A stretch of 64,000 bases of DNA, taken from positions 439,253 to 503,252 of the forward strand of contig JBBQFN010000001.1 in the NCBI GenBank assembly GCA_038321985.1, given 5' to 3'. Shown here one piece after another: positions 53,887 to 64,000 of this stretch. The notes below the pieces were generated by a model. It was not told the origin of the DNA and ran no database searches. It saw only the letters and a list, made by a program, of their open reading frames with translations. The position numbers were made by a program, and so were the translations under genes. The stretch comes from Cyanophyceae cyanobacterium. GTDB lineage: Bacteria > Cyanobacteriota > Cyanobacteriia > Cyanobacteriales > Laspinemataceae. Position 1 is the stretch's first letter. The number at the start of each line of letters is the position of its first letter.

Positions 53887-55029
53887 CTAAAACCTACAAA
53901 CAGATTCAGGTGTAATCGGACATACTTTATTGCGAATTGGATTTTTTAGAACCTCTAGTTTAGTTAAATTTTGAAGAGCCTGTAAGGGACCTAGCTCGGA
54001 AATATCATTACTGCTTAAATTGAGTTCTGTTAACTTGTTTAAAGAAGCCAGAGGGGTAATGTCCGAGATGGCATTAACACTCAGAAAAAGGGTAGTTAAG
54101 TTCGTTAAATTCCTCAAAGGGTTAATATCGGAAATTTGATTTCCACTTAAAAACAAAATTTGTAAATTCGTTAAGGAATTAAGGGGACGGAGATTAGAAA
54201 GGGAATTACTACTCAGAAACAGTTCCCCTAGGTTTGTCAGGGAGGCTAAAGGCGTACCGTCGGTAATTTTATTAAAATCTAAAGACAGTCTAGTTAATTG
54301 CTGCAAGGACTGTAAAGGAGTCAGGTCTGAAATTTGATTTCGTCCCAGTAATAAGGTGTCCAGTTGGGTTAAAGATTGTAAGGGAGTAAGATTGGTGATG
54401 CGATTGTCATACAAATCTAGAGTAGATAACTGGGTTAAAGAGGCAATTGGGCTAATATCAGAAATTTGATTATCGCTTAAATAAAGATAGTTAAGCTGAG
54501 TGAGGGAGGCAATGGGGCTAATATCGGAGATTTGATTACGACTAAGATACAGTAATTTCAGTTGTCCCAGAGAGGCAATTGGGCTAATATCAGAAATTTC
54601 ACGGTTACTAAAGGGGAGGACTTTTCGTCGAGAAAGAATGGATGAGGCGCGATCGCACTCCGATGTTCCAGCTTCTACTAATAAAGCATCTACGGTTTTT
54701 TGGGTTTCCGGTGCCAGGGTGAGGCGGTTCTCACACCACTGGGCAAACGTGGTGTAATTTTCTATGCGGTTGGATTGGGCGACTACCGGGGATATTTCCC
54801 CCATTACTCCGGTTAGCACAAGACTCAGGGCGACTGCAATCGGACCTGTACCTGTCATACGCCGCCCCTGCTGAGCCAGAGAGGGTCCAGTTTTATCAAT
54901 CGTCTCAGAATAAGGCCCACAGATGTCAGGGTGCACCCTTGCCTTCTCTCCACCGTCGATGGATAATACCAACGCCAAGGGAGTTAAGTTTACCCGGTAG
55001 GATACTGTAGATAAGCCTTTTTTTAACAT
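53887..55029 (-). CDS. Internalin-like leucine-rich repeat protein, probably exported
   Basis: About ten 22-aa repeats LxxLxLxxNxISDxxPLxxL; Cys-containing caps; GGAG RBS before the ATG at 55029. Confidence 0.9.
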   Translation of the reverse strand: MLKKGLSTVSYRVNLTPLALVLSIDGGEKARVHPDICGPYSETIDKTGPSLAQQGRRMTGTGPIAVALSLVLTGVMGEISPVVAQSNRIENYTTFAQWCENRLTLAPETQKTVDALLVEAGTSECDRASSILSRRKVLPFSNREISDISPIASLGQLKLLYLSRNQISDISPIASLTQLNYLYLSDNQISDISPIASLTQLSTLDLYDNRITNLTPLQSLTQLDTLLLGRNQISDLTPLQSLQQLTRLSLDFNKITDGTPLASLTNLGELFLSSNSLSNLRPLNSLTNLQILFLSGNQISDINPLRNLTNLTTLFLSVNAISDITPLASLNKLTELNLSSNDISELGPLQALQNLTKLEVLKNPIRNKVCPITPESVCRF

Positions 55030-55703
55030 AGTGATCTCCAAATTGATCCGAGGGACATCTATCTATTTAGATGAACAAAGCAGGTTTTCGGTTGCCCGTC
55101 GCCCCCCTATTTTTTCCCAGGAGTTGGAAAGGCCAGTCCCATCATTTCTATACAGGTTAACACTTTTTCAGTCATTGGGAGACGGTAAAAGTTATTTATC
55201 GCTCCTTGCGATCGCCCTAATTGCCTCGGAAGGGACTACATTTAAGTAAGCCAACAATAAGTTCAGGATGTTAAAAAATGATTAAGATTTATAACAATAA
55301 CAATGGGCGATCGCATTGAGGGGTGAGATACCTCAATTTTAAATAGAGTTCGCCCTGAATAAATTCACCCTTTCAATCAAGTTTTTGAAGAGTCGAAACC
55401 GATTCTATTCAGAAATTTTTCCGTAATTCTACGCAGATCTACCCAGGGAAGCATAAGGCTTCCCGGTTAAGGATCTTTACTGTTTTTTTTCTAGCATTCA
55501 CCCCAATTTGAACTTAATATCCTTGAAAATTACGAAAATTTACTGAAGCGTCAAAATGCCCAACAAATTATGATAAAAGAGGCTTAATTTTTAGGAATTA
55601 AATTTAACCCTGAACTGATAAAATTTTTTCTTTTTAAAGGAACATTTTAAAATCCAGGGAGTCTTGAAAAGTGAGTGATATTTTTATGAATATTCCGGAG
55701 TAG

Positions 55704-56057
55704 ATGGTGATTACTCTGAACTTGGTGCATCCTACGCAAACCTCTCCCTCTCAAAGCTGGGACTTTCCGGACCAGGACGTGATTCGGATTGGGCGATCGC
55801 CTGATAATCATGTCGTACTCTATAGTGCAGTGGTCTCCCGCCACCATCTCGAATTGCATCGGATTGGGTGCAACTGGAAAATCGTCAATTTAGGGACTAA
55901 TGGTACCTATGTGAACGACAGCCCCATTATCCAATCCCCGGTTCTGGATGGCATGATTCTGCGCCTAGCCCGTTCGGGTCCCCAAATTCAAATTAAAAAA
56001 AAAGCCCGAGAATTTGAAAATGTGCGAAAGCAGCGGCAGGGATTAATGGTGGGGTAA
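55704..56057 (+). CDS. Standalone FHA-domain protein
   Basis: IGRSPDN, VSRHH and GTNGT motifs. Confidence 0.9.
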   Translation: MVITLNLVHPTQTSPSQSWDFPDQDVIRIGRSPDNHVVLYSAVVSRHHLELHRIGCNWKIVNLGTNGTYVNDSPIIQSPVLDGMILRLARSGPQIQIKKKAREFENVRKQRQGLMVG

Positions 56058-56086
56058 CTCACTTTAAAGCCGCTTTAAGTGAGCAA

Positions 56087-57196
56087 TCAACTCCCCGCGA
56101 TCGCCTGTCGAATATCTAAAGCCGTGGCAGGCGCGAGGAGGACACCGTTGCGATAATGCCCGGTTGCCAAGAGCACCTTTTCAAATCCAGGTAAAGGACC
56201 GATAATCGGCGCGGGTTGCCCCTCTGGACGGGGACGCAATCCAGCCCATGTTCTCACAATTTCCCCTCGGGCTAAATCGGGACAAAATTCGATTGACCGT
56301 TGCCAGAGTTGTTTTAACAAGAAGGGATCTCCCTGAGTGGGGTTGTTCTCCCCCTTAAATTCTACTGTTGCTCCCACCCAATAATCCGTAACCGCCTGTT
56401 CACCACCCTGACTGGGAACAATATGAACATCATCACCCGTAATCACAGGTTGGCGATCGCCATTACCCATGGGGTGATCCAGACGCAAGTGTAACGCTTG
56501 TCCCAGAACCGGGCGAATTTCTACCGGGCAGTTAAATCCCTCCGTCAAAGCTGTAGAACCCAATCCCGCCGACAGGACCAGCCAATCCACCGCTAGATTG
56601 TCTCTACTTGTAGTGAGGCGATCGCAACGCTTCCCCGACTCCCCTTCCGTATAATTAATCCGTTCAACCCGTTCCCCAAATCTAAACTTAACTCCGTTCC
56701 TTTCAGCCGCCCTCACCAAAGCCCGAGTCAAAGCAACCGGATCAACTTGTCCGTCTTGGGGAGAATGAACCGCCCCAACTATCTCCACCGTTCCCAGTTG
56801 GGGATAGCGTCGCCTCACTTCTATCGGATCTAAAAGATCCAGTTGCCAACCTTGAGCGCGACGAGTCCCTGCCAGTTTCTCCCATTGTGCCATATCTTCA
56901 TCGGGAAAGCAGAGCATGAGAATACCTTGCCGGTTAAAGGAAATCGGTGCAGCCACCTCTAATTCGGGAATTAGGGTTTGATAGCGTAGAATACTTTGCT
57001 CGCGTAACCGCCACAGTCGGCCTTTGACTTTATGGCTAATAATCCCCATCAGCACGCCTAAAGCCGCTTGTGTGGCACCTTGGGCTGGTTCTTCGGAGTG
57101 ATCAATCACCGTAATTTCTAAATTCGACACTAAACTCAGTTCATAAGCGATCGCTGCGCCCACAACACCGCATCCAATGATAGTAACCTGGGTCAT
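56087..57196 (-). CDS. FAD-dependent oxidoreductase (glycine oxidase/DAO family)
   Basis: IIGCGVVG, GLRPRP and ATGHYRNGVLLAP motifs. Confidence 0.88.
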   Translation of the reverse strand: MTQVTIIGCGVVGAAIAYELSLVSNLEITVIDHSEEPAQGATQAALGVLMGIISHKVKGRLWRLREQSILRYQTLIPELEVAAPISFNRQGILMLCFPDEDMAQWEKLAGTRRAQGWQLDLLDPIEVRRRYPQLGTVEIVGAVHSPQDGQVDPVALTRALVRAAERNGVKFRFGERVERINYTEGESGKRCDRLTTSRDNLAVDWLVLSAGLGSTALTEGFNCPVEIRPVLGQALHLRLDHPMGNGDRQPVITGDDVHIVPSQGGEQAVTDYWVGATVEFKGENNPTQGDPFLLKQLWQRSIEFCPDLARGEIVRTWAGLRPRPEGQPAPIIGPLPGFEKVLLATGHYRNGVLLAPATALDIRQAIAGS

Positions 57197-57321
57197 ATTT
57201 TAACTCTCCCTACTCCCCTAGCTTTAGAAAATAGGGGATACAAATAAAAAATAAAAATAGGGTGAAGGATGGAACAATTTCCCATCTCCACCCTATCCTT
57301 TAATACTCAACTCAGTTCAAT

Positions 57322-57765
57322 TTAGCCCTTGGGAATCAGACTCAAGAAGGCATCAAAATCTTTAATCGCTCGGGCGTAGTTCTGCACGGCTAAAGAATAG
57401 TTGCCTTCCTCCGCTGCCGCATCGATCGTCTCGAAATCGACAAATAGATCTTTAGCAGTTTGACTCGCCGTTTTTTGGGCCTTGCCGTTGAGATTGCGGG
57501 AAACGTAGCCGATATCCCGACGTAAGTCACCCAGAGGACCGTGAATAAATGTCCCAGTATTCACCCAATCGCGATTGACGATGAACTGTTCGAGTTCATC
57601 CATGCGATCGCGCAGTTCCAGCACATTTCCTTCATACTGCTTAACGATTTCTAACTGAGTTGGCGAGTAGGCGGGGGGTTGGACCGCTTGCGGCGAACCA
57701 CAGCTTACCAAACACACCATCACCACAGCCAAAATAGAAGCGAGAATCGAACGATAACGTCTCAT
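57322..57765 (-). CDS. psbQ: Photosystem II lipoprotein CyanoQ
   Basis: Lipobox LVSCG; W...FIHGPLG.LR motif; start placed at MRRYRS. Confidence 0.92.
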   Translation of the reverse strand: MRRYRSILASILAVVMVCLVSCGSPQAVQPPAYSPTQLEIVKQYEGNVLELRDRMDELEQFIVNRDWVNTGTFIHGPLGDLRRDIGYVSRNLNGKAQKTASQTAKDLFVDFETIDAAAEEGNYSLAVQNYARAIKDFDAFLSLIPKG

Positions 57766-57886
57766 AGCCAGTTTTTTGCCTTTCACTAAAATGATCTTCA
57801 CCAAAATATATCAAGATTAGGTACGGCGATCGAGGGTTGATGCTTCTCTCCCCTAGGATCGATCGCCCCAAAGTCAATTTCGCCGA

Positions 57887-58735
57887 TTAAATTTCCATGC
57901 GCCGGAAAAATGGAATCAGTGCCTTTGTAACTTCTTCCGACCAATGTTCTTGGGGATAGTGTCCCGCCTCTTCCAATTTCACCCATTCAGCATTATTAAT
58001 GGAACTGGCGAATGCTTCTCCTTGAGCGAGGGGCAACCAGGGGTCCTCAACGCCCCACAAAATTAGGGTGGGTTTGTCCCACTGGGGAAACCCCTGTGCA
58101 ATTTCTGCCATTGCCTGCTTTAGCTGGAGATTGCGGATTGTCCACATCAGCGATCGCCCTGCGGCAGAACTTTTAAGAAAAGGGCGACGGTAGATATCCA
58201 AGTCTGCATCGGAGATCGTATATTTGCTTCCCGCTTCCAGGGTGCGATCGACAAGCAACGGGTCCTGAGTCATCATTTCTCCGATCAACGGCAAGCCGAG
58301 TTGCTGCATCTTCCAAGGCAGTTGGGAATCGGGAGTCACCGGCGCGTTGAGCACCGCTAAGCGCAAGATTTTCTCCGGATGTCTTAGGGCAAATTGTAAC
58401 CCCACAGACCCTAAAAATCCTTGAACAACTAGATAGCAGCGATCGATGTCCAGGGTGGTGAGAAAATTATCCAGGGCGGCAATAAAGGCATCGGGGGTAT
58501 AAGCAAATTTACTTTTTTCCGGTTTCCCAGATAACCCAAAGCCAATCCAGTCCGGGGCGATTGTCCGGAATCCTTCCTGAGCGAGTCCGGGCATTACTTC
58601 CGTCCAGCAAAAGCTTAAGGCGGGCAACCCGTGCAGCAATACCACCGGGGGCTTTTCCGTTTCTTTTGAAGGCTGTTGCTCCAGATAATACCATTCCACA
58701 CCAGCGACTTCGACTCGCTTTTCTTCTAGTCCCAC
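57887..58735 (-). CDS. Alpha/beta-fold protein, haloalkane-dehalogenase-like
   Basis: LLHGLP, APDWIGFG.S.KP and GHYPQE motifs; the elbow reads VVQGFLG. Confidence 0.85.
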   Translation of the reverse strand: MGLEEKRVEVAGVEWYYLEQQPSKETEKPPVVLLHGLPALSFCWTEVMPGLAQEGFRTIAPDWIGFGLSGKPEKSKFAYTPDAFIAALDNFLTTLDIDRCYLVVQGFLGSVGLQFALRHPEKILRLAVLNAPVTPDSQLPWKMQQLGLPLIGEMMTQDPLLVDRTLEAGSKYTISDADLDIYRRPFLKSSAAGRSLMWTIRNLQLKQAMAEIAQGFPQWDKPTLILWGVEDPWLPLAQGEAFASSINNAEWVKLEEAGHYPQEHWSEEVTKALIPFFRRMEI

Positions 58736-58900
58736 AATCCTATTTTCTCAACCTGAATGTAATGTTATGAGTTTACTCCCGCAGGGACACGGGAGCAAGA
58801 GTTTCTCGGGTTGCTGAAAACGACGCGACCCCGGGCTAAATTATGCCTGAATCGGGGTCCGACGCATTTTCTACTGACCGATACTTCAAGGCGATCGCCC

Positions 58901-59353
58901 TCAAGCTAGGTTCAATTCTTTTAAAGCCGGTAAAAAATTAGCATTTTCGTGACTGGACCGACTCAATTTAATTAATGCAAACCGCTCAATCGGTTCTAAT
59001 TTAGCCCACTGTTCTAAAGTTAAGGTAATTTCACACTGTTTCGCCTTTTCTTGAACCCCTTCTGGTATTGCTGCCTCATCCCTCCAAGGCGGATTGTCCT
59101 CCACTACTAAATCTTTGGCAGATTCTTCAGTCCGTTCTAAAACCAACTCTTGCAAAAATTGCCGATACTGAGCAATTTCTTCGGAAGTATTACAGAGCTT
59201 CTCAATCAGCGCTTTTCGGTCACCTGGGGTAAATCGATTCCAGTGGTTGAGTTTGAGTTTAATGCCACAGGTATCTAATTTCAACCGAACTTGCATCGGT
59301 ATGCAATGCAAAGATTCAACGAAATCCGCCTCAAATTTAAAAAACCGAGTCAT
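58901..59353 (-). CDS. narM: Nitrate reductase-associated protein
   Basis: FEADFVESL.CIPM.VRLKLD.CGIKLKL.HW and RFALIKLSR.SHEN.NF motifs. Confidence 0.88.
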   Translation of the reverse strand: MTRFFKFEADFVESLHCIPMQVRLKLDTCGIKLKLNHWNRFTPGDRKALIEKLCNTSEEIAQYRQFLQELVLERTEESAKDLVVEDNPPWRDEAAIPEGVQEKAKQCEITLTLEQWAKLEPIERFALIKLSRSSHENANFLPALKELNLA

Positions 59354-59596
59354 AAGCCTTACCTTTTGGATCCAAAAGTATTTTTTTTTCGATTGTAATA
59401 GGTAAAATTTTAGAATTTAAAAACTCCCTAATTTTAGGTATAGCTTGTTTAAATTCAATAGATTATTTAAAAAAGGAGAGCGAGATGCACCCTCTCATTC
59501 ATCTATTTTTAATTCTCTAAATAATTTAAAGAGGCTATATTAACCCAATTTCTAAAAACTCCGGGCTATTTATTTAACAGAAGAAGGAAACCCCTC

Positions 59597-59624
59597 AAAA
59601 AAGGGGGCAGCTGCCCCCTTTTTT
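59597..59624. terminator. petCA terminator (perfect palindrome)
   Basis: aaaaaagggggcagctgccccctttttt. Confidence 0.8.
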
Positions 59625-59644
59625 AAAGTCCCTTGCAACAGAAC

Positions 59645-60634
59645 CTAAAAGTTCATTTCGGCTGCTTGTACTTTTTCGACCTGTTTTTTCTTCAGGACGA
59701 GCAGAATTTGAGACAGAGTAGCGATCGCAAAGAAAGCCAACAATCCTTTAATCCGGCCCGCACTTTGCAAGACGATTTCTCCATCAACCTGACCGAAACC
59801 ACCCACATTGGGGTTATCGGTGAGAAATTGAGCGGCTTCTACTTCTTCACCTTGCGAAACGATTAACTCAGGACCGGCTGGAATGCTATCAACCACCGTC
59901 GATCCATCAGCAGTTTGAATCGTGACTTCGTAACCGCCACCTTCAACTTTGGTAATTTGGGAAATCGTTCCCGCTACCGAAGAAGTGAAGCTAGAGTTAT
60001 TGCTCTTATCCCCCGTCGGATAAATCTGTCCGCGTCCTCGGTTACCACCCACATGAACGGGGTATTTACCATAATGGATATTTTTATCCGTTTCAGGATT
60101 TGGAGAGAGCACCGGGAAGACAATCTCTTGATATTGTTCGCCAGGTAAGGGGCCAACAATCAACACATTATCCTGACCTTCGCGATAGGGTTGGAAGTAA
60201 AGACCGCCGATTTTTTCCTGCATTTCTTCAGGAATCCGATCAGCCGGTGCAATCTTGAAACCTTCCGGCAACATGATCACAGCACCAACATTCAGCGGAC
60301 CGCGATCGCCACTGCCGACCACCTGTTGTACGCTGGCATCATAAGGAATTTTCACCACTGCTTCAAACACGGTATCTGGGAGAACCGCCTGTGGCAGTTC
60401 AACCTGGGTCGGTTTTTGGGCAAGGTGGCAGTTGGCGCAAACGATCCGCCCCGTTGCTTCGCGGGGGCTTTCCGGAGCCGTTTGTTGCGCCCAAAAGGGA
60501 TAGGCTGCTGCTGACTGGGGTACGGCGATGTCAGAAGCAAGGAAAAGGGCCAGAGTTGCCACAGCCAACAGCAAGCCTTTGGCTAAAGTCCGTCCACTCT
60601 GCCGCAGGATCCGCGACAAGGAAGTTTGTTTCAT
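59645..60634 (-). CDS. petA: Cytochrome f
   Basis: YPFWAQQ, CANCH heme motif and GGNRGRGQ; start placed at MKQTSL. Confidence 0.98.
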   Translation of the reverse strand: MKQTSLSRILRQSGRTLAKGLLLAVATLALFLASDIAVPQSAAAYPFWAQQTAPESPREATGRIVCANCHLAQKPTQVELPQAVLPDTVFEAVVKIPYDASVQQVVGSGDRGPLNVGAVIMLPEGFKIAPADRIPEEMQEKIGGLYFQPYREGQDNVLIVGPLPGEQYQEIVFPVLSPNPETDKNIHYGKYPVHVGGNRGRGQIYPTGDKSNNSSFTSSVAGTISQITKVEGGGYEVTIQTADGSTVVDSIPAGPELIVSQGEEVEAAQFLTDNPNVGGFGQVDGEIVLQSAGRIKGLLAFFAIATLSQILLVLKKKQVEKVQAAEMNF

Positions 60635-60720
60635 CGGGAAAGAGAAGAGGTAAGCTAAACAGTCAAACAATGAGAACTTGAAATATATTGCATTCAGCAG
60701 CGTTTGGTCGGCCAAAACGC

Positions 60721-61260
60721 TTATGACCACCAGGGGTTTTCCCCTGTGCGGAAGTCGGTTTCTGTCCAGGGAGTAAAGACGACTTTATCATCTACCTCAG
60801 TCGCATGAGCCAAGGCCAGAGATAAAGGCGCGGGACCGCGAACCACTTTACCCTCACTGTTGTACTGGGAACCGTGGCAGGGACACATAAATTTGTTTTC
60901 GCTGGCGTTCCAGGGGACGACACAACCGAGGTGAGTACAAACGGCGTTTATACCGTATTCCGTCAGGGTGTTGTCTTGATCAACCACGAGGTAGGTGGGG
61001 TCACCTTTGAGACCTTGTGCCAAAACGCGATCGCCGGGATTGTGACTCCCTAAAAAGTTGCTAACGCTGACGTCATTGCCCAGGGCATCTTTAGCAGTAA
61101 CGCCACCCCCTGCCGCGCCACTCGATGGGGGCATAAAATACTTGATAACCGGATACAAGGCTCCCAATGCTGTCCCCGTGACTGCACCGAAAGTTAGTAA
61201 GTTCATAAATTGGCGACGCCCCATGCTGGGGACGTCAGGAGTTCCAGAAGCTTGAGCCAT
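60721..61260 (-). CDS. petC: Cytochrome b6f Rieske iron-sulfur subunit
   Basis: RRQFMN Tat motif, CTHLGC and CPCHGS. Confidence 0.98.
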   Translation of the reverse strand: MAQASGTPDVPSMGRRQFMNLLTFGAVTGTALGALYPVIKYFMPPSSGAAGGGVTAKDALGNDVSVSNFLGSHNPGDRVLAQGLKGDPTYLVVDQDNTLTEYGINAVCTHLGCVVPWNASENKFMCPCHGSQYNSEGKVVRGPAPLSLALAHATEVDDKVVFTPWTETDFRTGENPWWS

Positions 61261-61478
61261 GACCTATCTTGCTACGTCTGTGTTAAGTTGTATGTCTTAG
61301 CCTCTCATCCAAGGGCTAAAACTGGTGAACCCTAGTTTAAACAATTCCTCATATCGAGTCTGCCACTACCGGGTTTGGTAGGGACAATCCCAAGGAAAAT
61401 GCTGAATCTCCAGCCTTTCCCAACAGATTATTACATTCTTTGACACTTCGATCGCATTTTTGCATTTAGCTGTCGAAT

Positions 61479-61496
61479 TTTGTAACAAACTGTAAA
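61479..61496 (-). promoter_or_regulatory. HLR1-like (RpaB) site in the petC/DUF3067 divergent region
   Basis: Minus strand TTTACAGT-TT-GTTACAAA. Confidence 0.5.
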
Positions 61497-61522
61497 GGTC
61501 CCGATTCTACCGACTCTCTCCT

Positions 61523-61840
61523 ATGACCGGACAGGACTTACACCAGATCTTAATTGACAAGTGGGGCCGCTCTTACGATATCCAAATGCGGCGCACTCAG
61601 GGGAAAATTTTCCTCCTGATCATGTGGAAATACCTAGAGCAAGCCTCGTTTCCCATGAATGAGTCGGAATATCTGGCTCATTTGGATGTTGTTGCTAGTT
61701 ATCTCAACGCCTGGGGTGGTATCGAACAGGTGCAGGATTACCTAGCTCAAACCCGTGAACGTCCACGCCTGGGGAAGGCGGTTAGCATTCCCATTGATTT
61801 GGGCGATCGCGCTTCAGAATGGATGCTGGAAAATTTTTAA
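61523..61840 (+). CDS. DUF3067 family protein
   Basis: KWGRSYD, MWKYLEQASFP and RPRLGKAVSI motifs. Confidence 0.88.
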   Translation: MTGQDLHQILIDKWGRSYDIQMRRTQGKIFLLIMWKYLEQASFPMNESEYLAHLDVVASYLNAWGGIEQVQDYLAQTRERPRLGKAVSIPIDLGDRASEWMLENF

Positions 61841-62127
61841 ATTGCCAATTGTCTATTCTTAACTTCTTTCTCGGTTTCGGTCGCTTTCCTCAGCTTCAAG
61901 GTGGCGATCGCTCCACAAATTCCCAGCAATTAAACGAATTGACAACTTGCAATATACCTAAAAGATCCGAGATTTGAAACGCCTAGCTCTAGGTGAGATA
62001 CCTCTTACCCGATTAATTCATCCCCCCGTTAGTGAGCGCATTAGCTCGCCTATTTTAAATGAAAAAATTAGGGTGGCACATCATGTTCACCCTATCCTAA
62101 AAAACCCGACAAAAAGAGCAAATTACT

Positions 62128-63315
62128 TCAAGCGCTTATAGAATGATAATCGTCAATTTGACTGTAAAGAACCGGGGATTTGGGCAGGGTAACTGTAAAA
62201 GTTGTCCCCTCTCCCACGGTACTTTCTAACCAAATTTTACCGCCGAGTAAATCCACTGATCGCTTGACGATCGCCAATCCCAATCCACTCCCGGTATTAG
62301 CTGCCACATTTCTAGCCCGATGAAACAGCGTAAACAAATTAGCCCGGTCCTCGTGGGGGATCCCGATTCCCCGGTCCTTAATCCGGAAAATGATTTCCCC
62401 TTCTGCAAAAGTAAAGTCACAATAGATAGAACTCCCCTGGGGAGAATATTTCACCGCATTAACCAACAAATTTAAGAGAATTTGTCGAAGTAATGTAGGG
62501 TCAGTCCTTAAGGGTTCAGAATCTCCCGTGGTTGTCAAAACCATGCGATGAGTCACATCAGTTAATTTTTCCACATCTTGCCAAACATCTTCGCATAAAT
62601 TGGCAAAATAAACGGGAACTGATTGAATATTTAATCCGCTACACTCCGCCTTCCCTAACGTTAAAAAGCCTTCGATAATATTGTTCGTGTGTTTAACCGT
62701 TTCATCAATTTTATGAAAATACTTGATTCGTTGCTCAGAGGTCATTTTTTGACTGTGGAGCTTGAGCAAATCGTTTGCCGCCGCAATCACGGTTAAAGAA
62801 CCGCGTAATTCATGAGATAACATCGATACAAAGTTAGGAGTGAGGGGAGGCATCTGGTTTTCTGCTTTCGACTCTGCTGGAGGAGTTCGGCGATCGCCCT
62901 CATGTTCCTCTAGGGGTTCAACGATTCCCTGATACCCAATCACCTCCCCGGTGCGATCGCGCATTACCCGAATCGTATCTCGCACCCCGGCAATAGTTCC
63001 ATCTTGACGATAAACCCGGGACTCAAAATTTTTCACCTCTGGCTGAGTGCGTAGCACCTGCATTAATTGTGCATACCGTCTGGGTTCCACATAGAGTTGC
63101 TCCCCCATGTTGGTTATCTTTACAGTCAGTTCGTCAGCCGAATCGTAGCCATAAATGCGCGCTAAAGTTTGATTAACCCTGACATAGCTTCCCGTAGGGG
63201 TTATCTGAAACATCCCAACCCTAGCGTTATCCAGAAAACTGAAATACTTGAGAACCAGAGGTTGGAGGGTGGGGCATTGAGAATTGGGCCTGTTAAATGC
63301 AAGAATCTTCATCAT
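62128..63315 (-). CDS. Soluble PAS-domain histidine kinase
   Basis: PAS (VNQTLARIYGY), SHELRG, NAVKYS, DRGIG and GSGLGL motifs. Confidence 0.9.
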   Translation of the reverse strand: MMKILAFNRPNSQCPTLQPLVLKYFSFLDNARVGMFQITPTGSYVRVNQTLARIYGYDSADELTVKITNMGEQLYVEPRRYAQLMQVLRTQPEVKNFESRVYRQDGTIAGVRDTIRVMRDRTGEVIGYQGIVEPLEEHEGDRRTPPAESKAENQMPPLTPNFVSMLSHELRGSLTVIAAANDLLKLHSQKMTSEQRIKYFHKIDETVKHTNNIIEGFLTLGKAECSGLNIQSVPVYFANLCEDVWQDVEKLTDVTHRMVLTTTGDSEPLRTDPTLLRQILLNLLVNAVKYSPQGSSIYCDFTFAEGEIIFRIKDRGIGIPHEDRANLFTLFHRARNVAANTGSGLGLAIVKRSVDLLGGKIWLESTVGEGTTFTVTLPKSPVLYSQIDDYHSISA

Positions 63316-64000
63316 GATAGGTGAAATCTTTGGTATAATAACGATACGCAGCTCGATTTATAGGCGTCGGCAATCAATCGTTGGTCACCACCTGAAGAAT
63401 TATTAAATTAAAACCGAAGGCGATGGTTAACGCCCATGCTGAGAGGGTTTCCATCAGGGTAGCACGATTATAGGATCGGCTTGATATCTAACAAAGTATT
63501 CTGGATTACAAAGTCCTGAGTTTCTGATCAAAAAATTGAAGAAAATTACAGGGAGACAGTCCACCTCACTAGGTAATAGATCGCATCCAGGCTGTTCATG
63601 ACAGGGTTAACATAACTTAGATACGGTCATAACGCACATCTGCCGCTTTTGGCAAGGACTTAAACAGATCAGGGTAACCTTTCACTTTATCGGTGCCATC
63701 TTGCGAGCAACCAGAATCCTTAGTGAGAAAGGGTTAACCCCTCTAAAATTTAAAGTTGTAACCACGATCCGGCTAAGACACCGGGATGCTCTTCGGGGGA
63801 ATTTCGATTGATCCCTGACCCCGTTAAGGTCGAGAGTCCCGACATAAAAAGGGTTTACAACTGCTCTATAAAACTTAAACAAACCCGGACATAGCCGGAT
63901 ATTGATGTTTATTTCTTGCTTCGTCCGGGACTGTCGGCAGCACCCCGTCCACAAGTGTAATCGTCGGAACCCGGCGATTTTTCTAAATTAATGCTGGCGT

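Larger units (their letters stand above)
1..64000. repeat. HIP1 octamer GCGATCGC dispersed throughout
   Basis: Dozens of copies in coding and non-coding DNA (e.g. 296, 503, 702); characteristic of many cyanobacteria. Confidence 0.95.

Noticed and set aside
57215..61340. Short matches to the putative omegaRNA guide (cccctag near 57215; ccctagttt near 61330, upstream of petC)
   Set aside because: Matches of 7-9 nt are expected by chance in 64 kb, and they lack the candidate TTCAT TAM.
233..62420. Numerous 60-170 aa ORFs antisense to or nested in the main genes
   Set aside because: They are shadow ORFs of well-supported CDSs with no independent evidence.
63682..63954. 90-aa minus-strand ORF or a possible structured RNA
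   Set aside because: No motif, atypical composition, and no riboswitch or ncRNA consensus that I could recognise.

Overview
64 kb of a cyanobacterial chromosome. HIP1 (GCGATCGC) is very frequent and petC-petA, psbQ and bicA are present; the style suggests a filamentous Oscillatoriales-type genome (inference). Most of the window is housekeeping or photosynthesis genes (purT, pyk, murJ, ppk2, frr-pyrH, bicA, sfsA, trmFO, mcdA-mcdB, psbQ, narM, petC-petA). Many orphan sensors are interspersed: a knotless phytochrome/CBCR kinase next to a second CBCR kinase, two paralogous HAMP-PAS kinases, an MCP and a PAS kinase. An accessory stretch at about 34.8-49.2 kb holds five items of note. (1) An ISAs1 transposase abutting a 5'-truncated, nonsense-interrupted SNF2 helicase, probably a defence-system relic. 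(2) An unannotated ~240 bp IS200/IS605-derived element with no ORF that appears to keep both ends and the TnpB omegaRNA-like 3' region. (3) A probable internally deleted lipoprotein relic. (4) An uncharacterised 623-aa membrane protein. (5) A compact divergent module of a probably leaderless ribbon-helix-helix-like gene and a modular SWIM zinc-finger gene, with back-to-back extended -10 promoters. No rRNA, tRNA or CRISPR array was recognised. All family calls come from motif recognition by eye, not from database searches.
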